Origin: Tubiluchus corallicola
Lineage: Eukaryota; Animalia; Priapulida
Direction of reading: 5' to 3'
Length of the DNA stretch: 64,000 nucleotides
NCBI GenBank assembly: GCA_030141605.1
Contig: JAQGDQ010000050.1
Location: forward strand, 631,971 to 695,970
Numbering within the stretch: position 1 is the first letter of the stretch; each line of letters starts with the position of its first letter. Positions 27,801 to 42,200 of the stretch are shown here, one piece after another. Position numbers and translations under genes: made by a program. The notes beneath the pieces are model-generated. The model made no database searches. It saw nothing but the letters and a program-made list of their open reading frames with translations, and was not told the DNA's origin.

Positions 27801-30800
27801 TGCGAAAGTATTGTTTTACATGATCTTGGCTATTTACCACAGAGTTGTGAATACACTTTTGTTTAACAAAATTTCGATAACTGCAGAAATTTCAAAATTA
27901 AGCTTTTCACATTTGGAAAGTCAGGCTATTAGTTTCAAAATGGTAGCCTAGGGGACTTCCGCAAATGTCTGGTTAGCAATGCTGAATAATATTTTTCATT
28001 TTTATGATCATGTCATTGTTATTAATGCGTAATCTTTTACTCTTATTTAAATCAAACAACATGATTTCAGGTGTTACATAACTCTGTCACAAGCCCTTGG
28101 AATGTCAATGGGTGGTGCACCATCGGGGCCCGCAGGAACTGGAAAAACGGAAACAATCAAAGATATGGGTCGGTGTCTTGGCAAATTTGTGATTGTCTTC
28201 AACTGTTCTGATCAGATGGACTATCGAGGTCTTGGTCGAATATTCAAAGGTAAGACGTTTAAGTTTTAAGTGCACTGCACCATTAACTTACATCAATCAT
28301 AAAATATGGTTTAATATTTGGTAAGCCAACTGAACAAGGAAGACTTCTGTGCTAACAAGTTATTGATTAATCGGTATCCAGTGATGCATTAAATTACCTT
28401 TGCTATCATCACCAAATAATGTATGACATAAATTTTGTGATAGCTTTATTGCCTATCAGTCACCTAGCTGAACTTGCATACTTTCCTATAACTTTAACAC
28501 AGATTTAACGTAATAGCAAATAAATTATCATTTGTACTGAATCTTGTGTTATTATTGAGTTTCACTAATTAATATTCTCAGTATTATTCTTTTTTATTAC
28601 ATTGTAATTTTGAATGCAATATAGCAACTCAGCTGCTTTGCTATAACTGAATTATTGAATTAACAGTTTAATTTAATCTAATGTTAGAGGCAGTTAGTGT
28701 AGTTCTGTGCATATAGCAAGTCAGAGTGGAAGATTTGACTGCCCAAGATATTATTCATCTTCACAATAACATTTCAAAACACAAAATGGCACTTAGACTA
28801 TTAGTTTGTGTAACTACTAATGAATGGTGTCAAAACTGTAATTATTGCAATTTTTTGCTGATTGCTAGGCTTGGCTCAGTCAGGTTCATGGGGTTGTTTT
28901 GATGAATTTAATCGCATTGAACTGGCTGTACTGTCTGTTGGAGCTCAACAAGTGGCCATTGTTCTTGCAACAAAAAAAGAACGCAAGAAACAATTTAAGT
29001 TTTCTGATGGGGACATTGTTAACCTTGATCCAGAATTTGGCTTCTTTTTAACAATGGTGAGCTGGAGTACATTTTTGTTGATTAATGTGCCAAGTTAAAT
29101 TAATCCAAGTCATTTACTAGATTTATTCTGCATATCAGCTTGTGCCAGATCTGTTTGTCACTCCTTGAGTTTATTCCCTGTTTACTGTCTATTTTAACAA
29201 ATACTAAATGCTGGATTTTTTGCTCAAAAGCTTGAAACTTTAAAATTTTATTTTTTGGTTCTTGATTCTGCTGATTTTTTGTGGTTGTAAATTTTGTAAT
29301 TGTTTGCATTACTTGTAGAATCCCAGCTATGCTGGACGAGTGGAACTACCAGAAAACATGAAGATACAGTTTCGCTCCGTAGCCATGATGGTGCCAGACA
29401 GACAGATCATTATACGAGTTAAACTGGCTAGTTGTGGTTTTCAAAATAACATTGTCTTGGCAGCCAAGTTTTACACATTATATGTGCTCTGTGAAGAACA
29501 ATTAAGCAAACAGGTAAAATGAGCTTATGAGTCACATGTTTTACGTGTTTGCATCGTCTGTCCAAATACTAAGAAACTTGCTTAATTGAATATTTTCTTG
29601 CACTAGTTCATAGTTTTTCATCTTACCGATTTTAAATGCTAATTTTCTTAGGTGCACTATGATTTTGGTTTGCGAAACATATTATCAGTGCTGCGTACAC
29701 TTGGTGCATTTAAGAGAGCTCACCTACAAGACAGTGAATCCATGATTGTTATGAGAGTTCTCCGTGATATGAATCTTTCCAAACTCGTAAGTTTTCGCAT
29801 GAATTTTTCCAGCCAGTACATTTTGACACAATTTTTTCAAAATTTGTGTAAGTCTTTACAAGCAAGAACGAGACTAGTTTGTTAGCTTTGTTTAATGCAG
29901 TGGATACACGATTAAAAAATATTCATAATTATTGAGTTGAGTAATAATAATCATAATTAAATTTTGTACATTTTGGTAGAACAACAATTTAACTCACTAT
30001 TAACACAAAAATGTTTTTCATGTATTTTATTTACACTGGACCAGTTGCCTAAAACTATGCCATTGTTGTAATTCTAGTGTTTGTTTGGCAAATCTCTTTA
30101 AAAATAGGATAAGCAGGTGTGAAGCAGAGTTACTTACAAGAAAATTACTGTTCACACTAGGAAATCTTTAGAATATCTCTATGACCTCCTTCTGTGATAG
30201 TATGATTTATGGAAATTTAAGTATCCATACTTGTGTGGATTTTTAGTATGTATCCATTCATAGGTGATTGATGAGGCAGTATTATGTGGATTTTAAGTTT
30301 ATTCTGATTCTACTATTGGCTGTTATGAATAAAAGTGGACAGCACTGGCAATAGCCCATGTTCTACAACATGATGACTGGATTTTTCATTGGCATTTAAG
30401 CTTTTCTTCAGTTATATGGAATCGATGTAACATGGCTGTACCATCTTAAACTTTTATTACTTAGTTGATTGATTTTCTCAAAAGAGGGGTGTGTGTGCTT
30501 TTGTATGCAACAGTTTTGTAGCAACGTGCACTGCCGTATGCCAGTTCAGTTTTAACTAATGTAAAGCAGACAATCTGTTTTAACTGTTTAGAGCAATAGT
30601 TGCACTTTCTTCTGAAAAAGCTTGAGGTGTAGCTAGCCCTTCTCTAGCTTGAGCTTATTGCTGATAAAGAGTCTGAAGATATTTTGCTTGGTTGGCTTGA
30701 CTAAGTAACATTTCATAATTTCTACTAAGTTTAAAGGTAATTTGTTTCGGCAGAATTTTATAACATTACATTTGCTGGAGTTAATCCACAAAAACATGAT

Positions 30801-33194
30801 TTGTACTTGTTTCAAGGTCTTGCTAATTCTTATTGTTTTAAATGACTGATTATATGCTTGTATGTAATCCTTGGGACATTAATAATCTGCCAGCTGATAG
30901 GTACCATATGGTGGAAATTACTTCTGCTCATCTCAGTCAGTAGAAACTCTTCGTGAATAAACCCTTCTGAATATCCGGTTCAGAAAATTGACATATTACC
31001 CTCTTCATTGCACATACACATTGCTATACATGTGTTGCTACACAATAGTTTGCAACTGTTGTGGTTGTAAACTACGTTATGATGCTTCAAAGTAGAATGC
31101 ATGAAAAATTGGGTCAAATATCAATGTTTTGTAAAAACAAATGTTAAATACATTGGACTTTTATGTTCCAGCATCAAAACATCAGGCTATTGTTTAAAAA
31201 ATACTAAAAGTTTAACTTTATAGCTCCTTACCCACTTCTCTGCCTAAAAACAGTATTGCATTTGCCAAAAACTCGCATTTTCAAATTCTGATTCTCCTTT
31301 CTCCTTTAAAAGGAGCAAACTTTAACAGCGATCTTCTAATGGTTTTTTCAGTAATGCAGTATGCACCTGAACTTCAATGCAGATTATCTTAGTTTTGAAA
31401 TAACATAGAGCACTGAACTTGGTATCAAAATGATCCTTTTGAATAGAGGTTCTGGATATGTGAATAACTAAAAAAGCTGCCAACTTCCAGACGTTTTTGC
31501 TATGCAAACACACATATTTAAATTATTTATTTGATATGTCACTGAGGTCTAGTTTTGTGATCAATAAGTATATTTTGAATTATTTTATACATTTAGGTAG
31601 ATGAAGATGAACCATTGTTCCTTTCACTAATTGATGATCTGTTTCCTGGCCTGAAGCTTGATAAGGGTCATTATCCAGAGATAGACTTAGCAATTCGAAA
31701 CCAGGTATTAGCTTACATTGCCATTAAAAATATATCGGTATGGCAGCGTAACCTTATTAACAAGGGTTACCTTTGCTGAATAATTAATGACAGTTCAGTT
31801 CCAGCTAATTAAAATAACTGATTTTCGATTTATTTTAAAGTTGGGTTTTTTAAGGTGTCAAAAGCAAGTGTGTGTTATCCCTGACCTTACGTAATAAGGT
31901 ATATGATTACTCATGTCTAAAGAGGAACAACTTAAAAGTTTCTGCATAGAATTATTTTGGGAAAACCTAATGTTCGTATTGCGAAGACAATTTCTGAAAA
32001 TTATTGTGCTGCAGAGATGAAATGATTGAAATCTTAAGAAAACACACCAGGTTATCATTCGACTACTTTCAGCAGATAGACGTCAGCTTCTAAATGCACT
32101 TTTGCTAGCAAATTGTCTTACACAATAAGACTTTTCACAGTTTCGTTGTGAGCATGCAGAGTTGATGTAGGTAGTAATAGTTCAGTAATCCAAGGTCAAA
32201 GGTTAAGTGTACCACAGCAACTCGCCTTAATTACAACGGTCACTTGACATGTGGATAAAGCAATGCCATATGCCACATCAGTTCAATAACTTCAGTTGCT
32301 TTACATGGTCTTTAACTGTAGTCTGTGCATACAATGATTTACTAGCAGGATTTTGCTTGGGAACAAGAAAAAATGAACTAGGTAAGGTTCTAAATAGCTG
32401 TTAAAACTGTTACTATTACAACAGCATGGGCTGTGAGTCATTTTAAAGTGTACACAAATGTGTTGTCTGGTTCACTTAACCTTTGACCTTTTCACAATCA
32501 TCATCAATCGCTAGAAGTGTGACCTTTTCACAATCATCATCAATCGCTGGAAGTGTGAAAAGGCTTATTATTTAGCTATGCGGGCATGTAGGCTTAATGT
32601 ATGTGATTATACACCATTTTAGGTGAATATAAATAAATTTTCAATCCCGGGAGGTGCATATACACCATATACTCCCATATTCCTATTAAACACCATTAAT
32701 TATAGTGCACCTTTCTGCATTTTGCAAAAAACATATGCAGATAGAGGAAAAGGCATTATTGAGGGGATTCGGATTGTCTCTTTGCTGCACACTTCTGCTA
32801 GTCTAGTAAATGCTTGAGTGGGTTTATCAAAACCCAAGCAACATATTTTTGTCTTTAAGGTTCATGCACTTTTTTAATTATTTGTTTCAAGGTAAAAGCT
32901 GCTGGTTTGGTACACCATGAACCATGGGTGTTGAAATTGATTCAGCTGTACGAGACACAGCGGGTCCGACATGGCATGATGGCATTAGGGCCTCCAGGGT
33001 CTGGCAAAAGTGCATGCATTCAGGTTAGAAATACATTGTAATGAAATGAGTTATCATTGCAAACATAATAATGTTAATGTAACTAAAGTCATGATGATAC
33101 TTACTACGTGTAAGAAAAAAGATCCGCTGTAACACTATTTGGAATAAAATTATTGTTTTTATTGTTTTTATTATTATTATTATTATTATTGTTA

Positions 33195-33240
<46 letters not shown>

Positions 33241-33241
33241 G

Positions 33242-33295
<54 letters not shown>

Positions 33296-36200
33296 CATGA
33301 AATTTACATAGCGCCCCAAATATATAAAAATACACAGTTACACTTTATAACCAAAGACTTTACAAAGCCTGAAATAAATTATACACCTATACACAGTATA
33401 TCTTCATAAAGAATATCCTTAAAAAAATTTAAATTAAAAAATTAATATAAAAACGTAGTTAGAGTATGCATATTACATATTCAATAAATTTCATTTCCAC
33501 TTCAGCAACTCTTCAAAATACCTGATGACAATAGGTTCTCAAAACACACAAAAAAATCCAGAAATCAATCATCATTGAGAAGACAATGAGTCAAGATGCT
33601 TCGACTGGTGTACAAGGTGGAACTGTCGTAGTCATAGCTGCAGATATTACATATGCAGCAATTATTATGCGTGCTATAACAATCATTTGGCAATACTACA
33701 TACACTAAAAATGTTCGTATCATGGTTTTAAGTTGCACAGGGTAGTTACAGCAATTGTCACGCTTTTCATATCACGTTCTGAAATCTATCTATACGTCAG
33801 TGTCATTTTCTCTACTCGTAGTACTGTGCCGTCACATGAAATTGTGTATGACTGCTAGCAAACAACTGCTGAACTTGTATCATTAGCATGGCAGCATGAA
33901 TGGAGCAGCCAGTAAACAAGGTAGCTAAAGCTTGTGAAGTCGGAATAGCAGTGTTATCATGGATGTACTTGCGTGTGGTACAGGCTTCTTTTTGAGTCAA
34001 TTACAATTCATAGTATATTTAGTTTCAGGAGATGAACTAAATAAAAATGCAACGATACCATAAGTGTAAGAGTAGGTACTTAGATGTATCTACCAAAAAA
34101 TAAATAGAACTAAACTACGGATAACTGATTTCTGCCACTATTTAAAATGAAGTGGGAAATAATATTTTTTTATCTTTTTATTTTGCTTTGTTATGTAATA
34201 ACTTCTCATTATGGTGATAACTGTACTAATGACAATAGTTTGCATGCTTCATTTTGTCAAACTAATGTATGAGTCTTTCCACACCTTGACAGATTTTAAT
34301 CAAGACATTGACAGAAACTGGAAAGCCGCACAAAGAAATGAGAATGAATCCAAAATCTATAACTGCATCTCAGATGTTTGGCAAACTGGATGTCATTACC
34401 AACGACTGGACAGATGGCATCTTTTCTGCTCTTTGGAGAAAAACACTTAAAGCTAAAAAGGTATAATGGTTTAAGATATGAAGTTTCAGTCAAACAGTGA
34501 ATTAGAACCTCACTGATATCAGATCTGTGAACAAACTATTTAACTCTTGTAAAAAAGTTAATGAGAACTGTATTTTTTCTACGCATTTATCATTTGCTAT
34601 TATTTGGAAAATTTATCATTGTTCTATGAGATTATTATTACAAACACACACAAAATTTTGCTGAAATTGCTTTTGTATGCAAGTGAAAAAAATTACCAGC
34701 TTGTTCTTTGATCCAAAGATTTTTGCTGCGGCTGTCTAATGCAATGCTAAAGTTATGTTTTGTACTTTCAAGAATGAATACATTTGGATTGTGCTTGATG
34801 GTCCGATCGATGCTATTTGGATTGAAAATCTGAATTCTGTTTTGGATGATAATAAAACCTTGACATTAGCAAACGGAGATAGGATTGCCATGTCTCCCAA
34901 TTGTAAGATAGTATTTGAACCTCACAATATTGACAATGCTAGTCCTGCAACTGTGTCCCGAAATGGAATGGTTTACATGAGTTCATCAATACTCGACTGG
35001 AAACCAATACTGACAGGTTTGTTTTCCATCATGGATTTTTGTAGATTTTATTTTTATGTTATGAACTAAGATAAGAACAAAATCTTATACTTTTTTATTT
35101 GCACTTTTCAAGTTACTTAACATATAAAAACAATATATATCTTCACTATTTAACTACATGTCAGTTGACTTGTTGACAGGTTAGTTTATTTTTTATTAGA
35201 ATGCAAGCTGATGCACCTTATATGAAATAATAATTTTTTTAAATATACTGTTTTTTCTGCAGCTTCCCTGAAAAATCATCCTAGCAAGCAAGCAGAAAAA
35301 ATCATTGCTTTCTTCAACAAATGTTTTGTCTCCATTTACAACTATGTGGTTATAGACTTGAAAGCAAAAATGAAGGTCTGTACACAATAAAAAATGGCTT
35401 GTTGCTAATTGTTGATGTTGTCGTAGGTTATGCATGCTAGGGGTATGCCATTCACAACAAGAATTGATGAACAATAGCTATTATCCAGTCAGGTGTTTTC
35501 AAAAGTGGTCAGCATTGGAAAAAAGCTTTAGAATGAATTGGTAATTTGCTATGAAAGCCAGTGCCATTGTCCAATGTTCAAAAGTGAATGGTATATTTGT
35601 TGTCCTGTGGGTTTGTTGAACCAATGTTTTTGAAGGCATAATATAGCATTTAAAATAAGAAATAATATAATAAATAAATCGTAATAGTACTATTTATTAT
35701 TTACTATTTATTCAGTTTTTTTATTTTAATGATTGATGCTACCAGCTCTGATCAACACTTAAAATCATTGCATTTGACCAGCTTATTTAGTTTAAAACAC
35801 CAGTTATTTTGTCATTTCTAGTCTTTGGTTGATGTGATGATGATGTGATCATTAATTACTAAATGAATTCTCTACAGTGGTTCAACAGTCTTTAAGCCTA
35901 TCATTGTAAACGTTTGCTAAGTTTGACCTCAAAGTTGCAAAATACAGAGGAAGCCGATGATAACAGACTGTTGGTAATTGGGTGGATGATTGATGGGAAA
36001 TTGACACTAGTGATTTACCAGTGATCAAAATGTAGCCTTGATAGCAGATTAAATAATGATCCAAGAGAAACAATCCATGCTTTCTCATCTGCATGTTACA
36101 AAACGCTGTAGACGTTGAACTACATTTTCCAATGTAAAAACAATGTAAAAATATAAAATATATTTCGAAATTTGTGCATGCTCTGCAGCCATTAGTGGTG

Positions 36201-39200
36201 ATTAGATCAATGATCACTTTGTTTATCTGTAAGCATAGTATTTAAGGTAAACAGGCTAGGGACCCATCTATATAAATGTCACATACAATAAAAAATTGTG
36301 TTGGTTTGGAGAATTTCTAACTTAGATTTTAATGTCTATTTATAGTCCAGTGGTTAGCTCCAAAACTTTATTTTTTGTGTGCAGTTTGGTGGCAAACAAA
36401 ATAAGTATGCTAATTTAAAAAAGTATATAGCATCAACTGTCGACACACTGGTGGGCATTTGGTCCTACTTTACTATAACTGTTTGACTTCTAAACTGTAT
36501 ATTGCACTACTATCTGTTCACCATCTGGAACACATGTTGTCCCTGTCCCTGGGGAGTAACAGGACTTGTTGTTGTTATTATGACTGTGATTGATATTTTA
36601 AATATAGTGGACATTTCAATGTGAAATATTTCAGCTACATTCCTGCGCAATTTTGGAAGTCTTTTTGTAGTATTGGGGAAATGGTTAGGGGCTTATTTGC
36701 CAGACCATAAAAAAAAACGATATGAAACTTACTTTGCTATGTTTATGCCATGACAAATCAGTGGTCTCAGTAGCATTATAGTAAAGGGGTACTACTGAGC
36801 CCTAGGGTGTTATGGTGTGGCCAGATTGTTTCCACACAAAAAAGTTTTGTGTAAACCAGTCTTTTAGGTGAACCCACTACCAGATATATTCTTATTTGTT
36901 TCCAAGTTTCTTTCAACTCGTCTATTGTTCCTCTAAAATAATTAAGGTTTTCAATTAAGGTCCTACAAGTCAACTACATAAAACAATCAATACATCTCCT
37001 GGAAGCTCTTATACCAAGAACTGAAGAGGGCCAATATCAAGAACCAGAGAACGAACATCTAAACAGACTTATCGTATTCAGCCTCATGTGGTCACTAGGT
37101 TCACTACTTGAATGTGATGACCGGCTAAAGGTACTCATGTAATGCAATGCAATGTAAAATTTATTTATATAGTGCATTACATCATTTAAAATCTCAGCAC
37201 GCTGAACAGTAAAATAAATTAATCTTTATAAGATTGATTAAAATTTAAAATACATAAAAAATCAAAAAAATTAATTCATCATAAAAAGTACAATCTAAAC
37301 AAATGTGTTTTGAGATGTTGTTATTAGAATCTAATGAATTTGCATAATGTACTGCAACAGGTAAATTATTTCAGAGATGCGGGGCACAGACAGAAAAAGC
37401 TTTTCACCATAGAATACTGTATTAGCAATTGGCTGATGTAAATTCATTTGTTCATTAGCATTAAAGAAGTGTTAACTAGAATTTTAGGATTTAAACAGCT
37501 GCAATAGTACCTTTAAATGCAGTATTGCATTTAGCAAAACAAGTAGTCAATATAATTAAGTATTCCAGTGATGTCGTTAGGTTTTCATTTGATTAGAAAC
37601 AATAAAATCACAATCATAATTGAATAATTGTTGCCTTTGTTGGTATAAGTCTGGTGAACTTTTCATATAGTAATAAACAAATCTTAAGAACACGCTTCCG
37701 GTTTTTCTAATGGTTACAATACATTGTAATGATTCTGTTATGATGTTACTATGTCTTTGCAGCAGTTTCACTTTATTCTGAATACAACAAGCTAAATAAT
37801 GTCACTCACTGGGTGAGACTGGTCATTTAGTCGTGTATTAGTGAGATGTGTGTTGAACTAACAGATTAGTAACGCTTATACTAACATTTCAACACACAAT
37901 AATCCCAACCTTGCCTATTGTTATCAGCTAGTGAATAGTTTTTAATGGTGTTAATGTGTTGCTTTGTATTCTTTAGTATTTTTATTCACTAAAGTTAAAT
38001 TTCAGTTACAGGAATTTATGATGTCACAAACTACATTGGACTTGCCAAAGTTGAGTAGATCAGACAACAGTACTATATTTGATTACCTGGTTGATGCAAA
38101 AGGAAATTGGCAGCATTGGTCCAGTAAGGTTAGTTATAGAGTAACAGAAATATAATGTACTGGATTGCAGATAACTTTTTGCTACCGGGTACAGTACAAG
38201 TAATAGTACAAAAAATGGTCGTTTCATCAAAGTATTGCTGTTTCAATAGAGAATTATTATGTTCTGAGTATTTAATGCAAAAGCCCTGCATGTTTTGTAT
38301 AGCCTCCAATTTTGAAAGATATGATCGGCAGCGTTGGGTAGTAACGTATTGCCAGTACCATGTTACTGTAATCAGATTACCAAGTACTTTTTATAGTAAC
38401 AAGTCATGTAACACAAGATGCTTAGTCTTGTAATCAGATTACTTGGTTGCTTTTTCGATAATTCTACTAAATCTGTTATTTTTAGTAGTTATTTCTAACA
38501 ATATCATTTAAATCTTAGGCCGTTGTGATCATTTAGCTGCTTTACTTTTGTTTATCTCTGCCATGCAATAGTTGTATACACGAGGCAGTTTATTAGTTTG
38601 CTCAAATAATGACCTCATTTGCGTCATAAAAGCTTCTACAGCTGCATTTCATTATTTTATACACTCAACGTTTGGTCATGTGCACGGTGCACATACTGTA
38701 GGGCCAGCAGCGGATTATGATTTTATGGGCCTTAGGCTTGAGCTTGGAACGGGCCTTTTAAATGTTGCTACACTGCTGAGCTGACGTGTTTTTGTTCTCT
38801 AAAGGATGACAAATTAAACAATTTATCACAGATGCATATTGAGTCAGATATGTTGAAAAAAATGGACTTTTCAGAAATTATAACTGACTTTGCCCCCAGA
38901 AAAATTCGGAAACTGAAATTTCGAACTTAAACTGTGTGAACGTGAATTGTGTAAACTTAAATTGTGTAAACTTGAATTGTGTAAACTTGAATTGTGTAAA
39001 CTTAAATTGTGTAAACTTGATTTGTGTAAACCCGATTTGAAATATAGTGACTGACTTTTGAAAAAAAACCTTTTTTCTATATTTTATTTTGGCGGGCCCC
39101 TTGCTCTTTTGTCAATTTATTTTTTTTTACAAAAAAAAATTTTTTTCGTTTTATTTTGCCGGGCCCCTTTTGATCCCGGGCCTTAGGCTTCAGCCTATAG

Positions 39201-42200
39201 GGCTATCCGCTACAGTGTAGGGCAATGTAGTTAGGTAGCTCAGTAAAGCCAGTAACATGGCTGAACGCTATTGTGTGCGTATGTGTCTTAGTTATTTTCA
39301 GTTCAGCAAGCAGGAGCTTTTGACAAATGGCAATATGAGCATTATTTTAATTTTCTAAGTGCAGAATAACTAAATACAACAGTGCGCTGCACCTTACGCC
39401 AAGGTAAAAAACTGCTAATGACAGCTTTAGGCAAATTGCAGATGCAATTCTTTGATTTCACTAAAGCCAAACAGATGCATTCTTTTTGCCAAAGTGTCAC
39501 TCACATTAGCAAACAAAAGTACTCAGTAATCAGTAAGGGTTTACACTTGCTAAAAGCAACCAGTGGTGATTTGATTACAATTTTTCAGAAGTAATTAGTA
39601 TTCATGACAAAATAATTGCTAAAAGCAATGAACCATCACTTAATTGACCGGAGAAGTAATCTGAAAACTATGGGAATAATGTTTCGATGTAACTGGAAAT
39701 TTACTGGACCTCAAGTACACTGAACACATTGGAGCTAACTGAAAGCAGAGGAAATGCTAAGGTGATAAAAAAACATCCGTGCATTGGTTTTTACAAGCTT
39801 ATGACACATCTACATCTGTTGGGGTATCCTGAGTTACTTGAGCCGCTGCTCCGATCATACTTCTCAAGTTTGCAGGCTGTGTGAGACACGCAAAGGTTGT
39901 ACACTAATTTTGAGGACTTCATAGATTCTCTATTGTTGTAGCAATACTTCGCCGTAACAAATGCTTCAGTACTAGTGGCTTTGCTTTGCTTTGCTACGTC
40001 CTGGCAAATGGTTATAATATGTACCATCCAGTATTTATGTGGAGTAATAACTGGTTGGAAATTCTGCATACACCAACAAACTATAAGTTGTTTTACAGTT
40101 AACTATAAAACATTTTGTGACTAACCCTGTAATTAAGAAAAGATAGATTAAAATTGAATTGTGGTGTATTTCCATTAATAGTTTATTTGCATAACAGGTG
40201 CCAGGGTATGAATATCCAAAGAATTTTGTGCAAGAGTTTTCTATGGTTCTCGTTCCTAATGTAGATAATGTGAGAACTGAGTACCTCATTGACAAATTGT
40301 CTTCGCTTGGAAAGGCAGTGCTGTTAATTGGTACGTAATTAAACAGATTTGTTCACTAGTAGTGAAAACTAGTATGTGCTTTTTTGAACACAGAAGCTAT
40401 TGTTTAGCCAGTGTGGTGGATTTATGATAATTAATTATTTAGAGTTAATTGTTTTTGATGCTACTGTTTAAATAAAAAATAGCTTATTAATGGATAAGTG
40501 CAACTACATAGTCCAGTAGCTACAGATTTTCTACTAAATTAAGATTTGTTTTAGTTTGTTACAATAATATTGCAAATGAATAGAATGTATAAACTTATAA
40601 AAAAACAGTTTTTAATAAACAAGAAAGATCATTGCTCAATTACCAGCTTGAATTTGGTTTGTGAATCTGGATATGTATGAACCGTGACCGTGTCTTGTGT
40701 TGTTAACAAGCTCTGCAGATTTTGCTAATTTTATAAAGTAATTTTATGTTTAACATGATAAAAGTGATACCATTTTGTGTGTAAATATCTACAGAAGAAG
40801 AAGGTAATAAACGTTTGCACTTATACAGTTGGATTTAGATATTAAAAGTGAAAAATTGTTGAAATTCTTCAAGTTCTATTGCAAATCGACAATTCATGGT
40901 CACCGTACCTAGTTGAGGCTATTGTGTCATTGATTAGACCTTAATTGGTCTATTCACCTGTCAACAAAAACATTCAGGTAGATAGCAACGCAAACTGGTC
41001 CTACAATGGGAGAAAGGAAAAGCTGCGCTCTATGTAGATATGAGGATACATATATTTGGATACGCTGCATGCTGCAGATGAGTGAGAACATTTCTTTTAT
41101 TGTTTTTACAAAGTACTTTTGCTAATTTTTGCTTTTGAAAACTTTGAACGTATAATAGACTGGTTACCATTTGCAACGTATTTCCCATATACCTGCATAT
41201 ACTAAGGTCACGCTGAAATAATATAGAAATAGACTGGTTCACTTCCCCTATTTCTGATACCTGCATTATTTGTTGAATATGTCTGACAAACCGAAGAGTA
41301 TCGATGAGCTGTGTGCATGTGACCGTAAGAAGCTGAAAGCCATTAGAAATCATACTGGCTGCCCCCCCCTTCGGCCGCTTCTGGTGGTGCCGATTCAGCT
41401 GTGTTGAAACGCCTGGATGAACTATCTAATAATATTAACACTAAATTTCAAAATCTGGAGGAAAAATTGTCCCAAAAGATTGAAGACAAACATTCTGAAT
41501 TAAAGACTGAAGTGAATGTCTTGCGTCAAGTTGTTAAAAATCAACAACGGTTTTTGGAGCAGGTTGACGGTCGTCTCCGAAACCAGAACTTAATTATGAT
41601 GGGCTTAAGTGAAAATGAGGATATCGATGGTGCTAATTCCGACGATGATAAGATAAGGAAAATTCTTGATGTAGTGGATGTGGAAGCTGCTGTCGTCTCA
41701 TACAAGAGACTCGGTACAGCTACGAATGGCCGTGATCGTCCTGTGTTGGTCATTGTTGAAAATCATGACCAAAGGGACAATGTCGTGAAGAATGCTAATA
41801 AGCTTCAATCGTCTGCCAATGCTGCTGTGAAAAAAGTCAGAGTGAAGCGAGACACCCACCCTGCAGTTCGTGCCGAATGGAAGCGGCTATTTGACGCTGA
41901 GAAGTGCGAACGTGACAAACCTGAAAACCGGGGATGCCATATTGAGTTTGACAAGAAAAAGCGTGAGATCACCCGGGACGGTGTTGTTATTGATAGTTGG
42001 CAACCAATGTCTTTTTTGTAAACAATCGAGATAGTTGCACTGAACTCCGTATTACACATTGGAAAATTAATGCCGTGAAAAATAAACTGGAGATCGACTT
42101 TGTTCGCCAAAGTTTATGTAAATCTGATATGATATTCTTAAATGAAATCAAAACTCCGTTGAAGTTCACAATGCCTGGGTATAAAACTCTCCGAACTAAT

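Noticed and set aside
33104-33319. Poly-Asn ORF
   Set aside because: Translation of the (TTA)n microsatellite.
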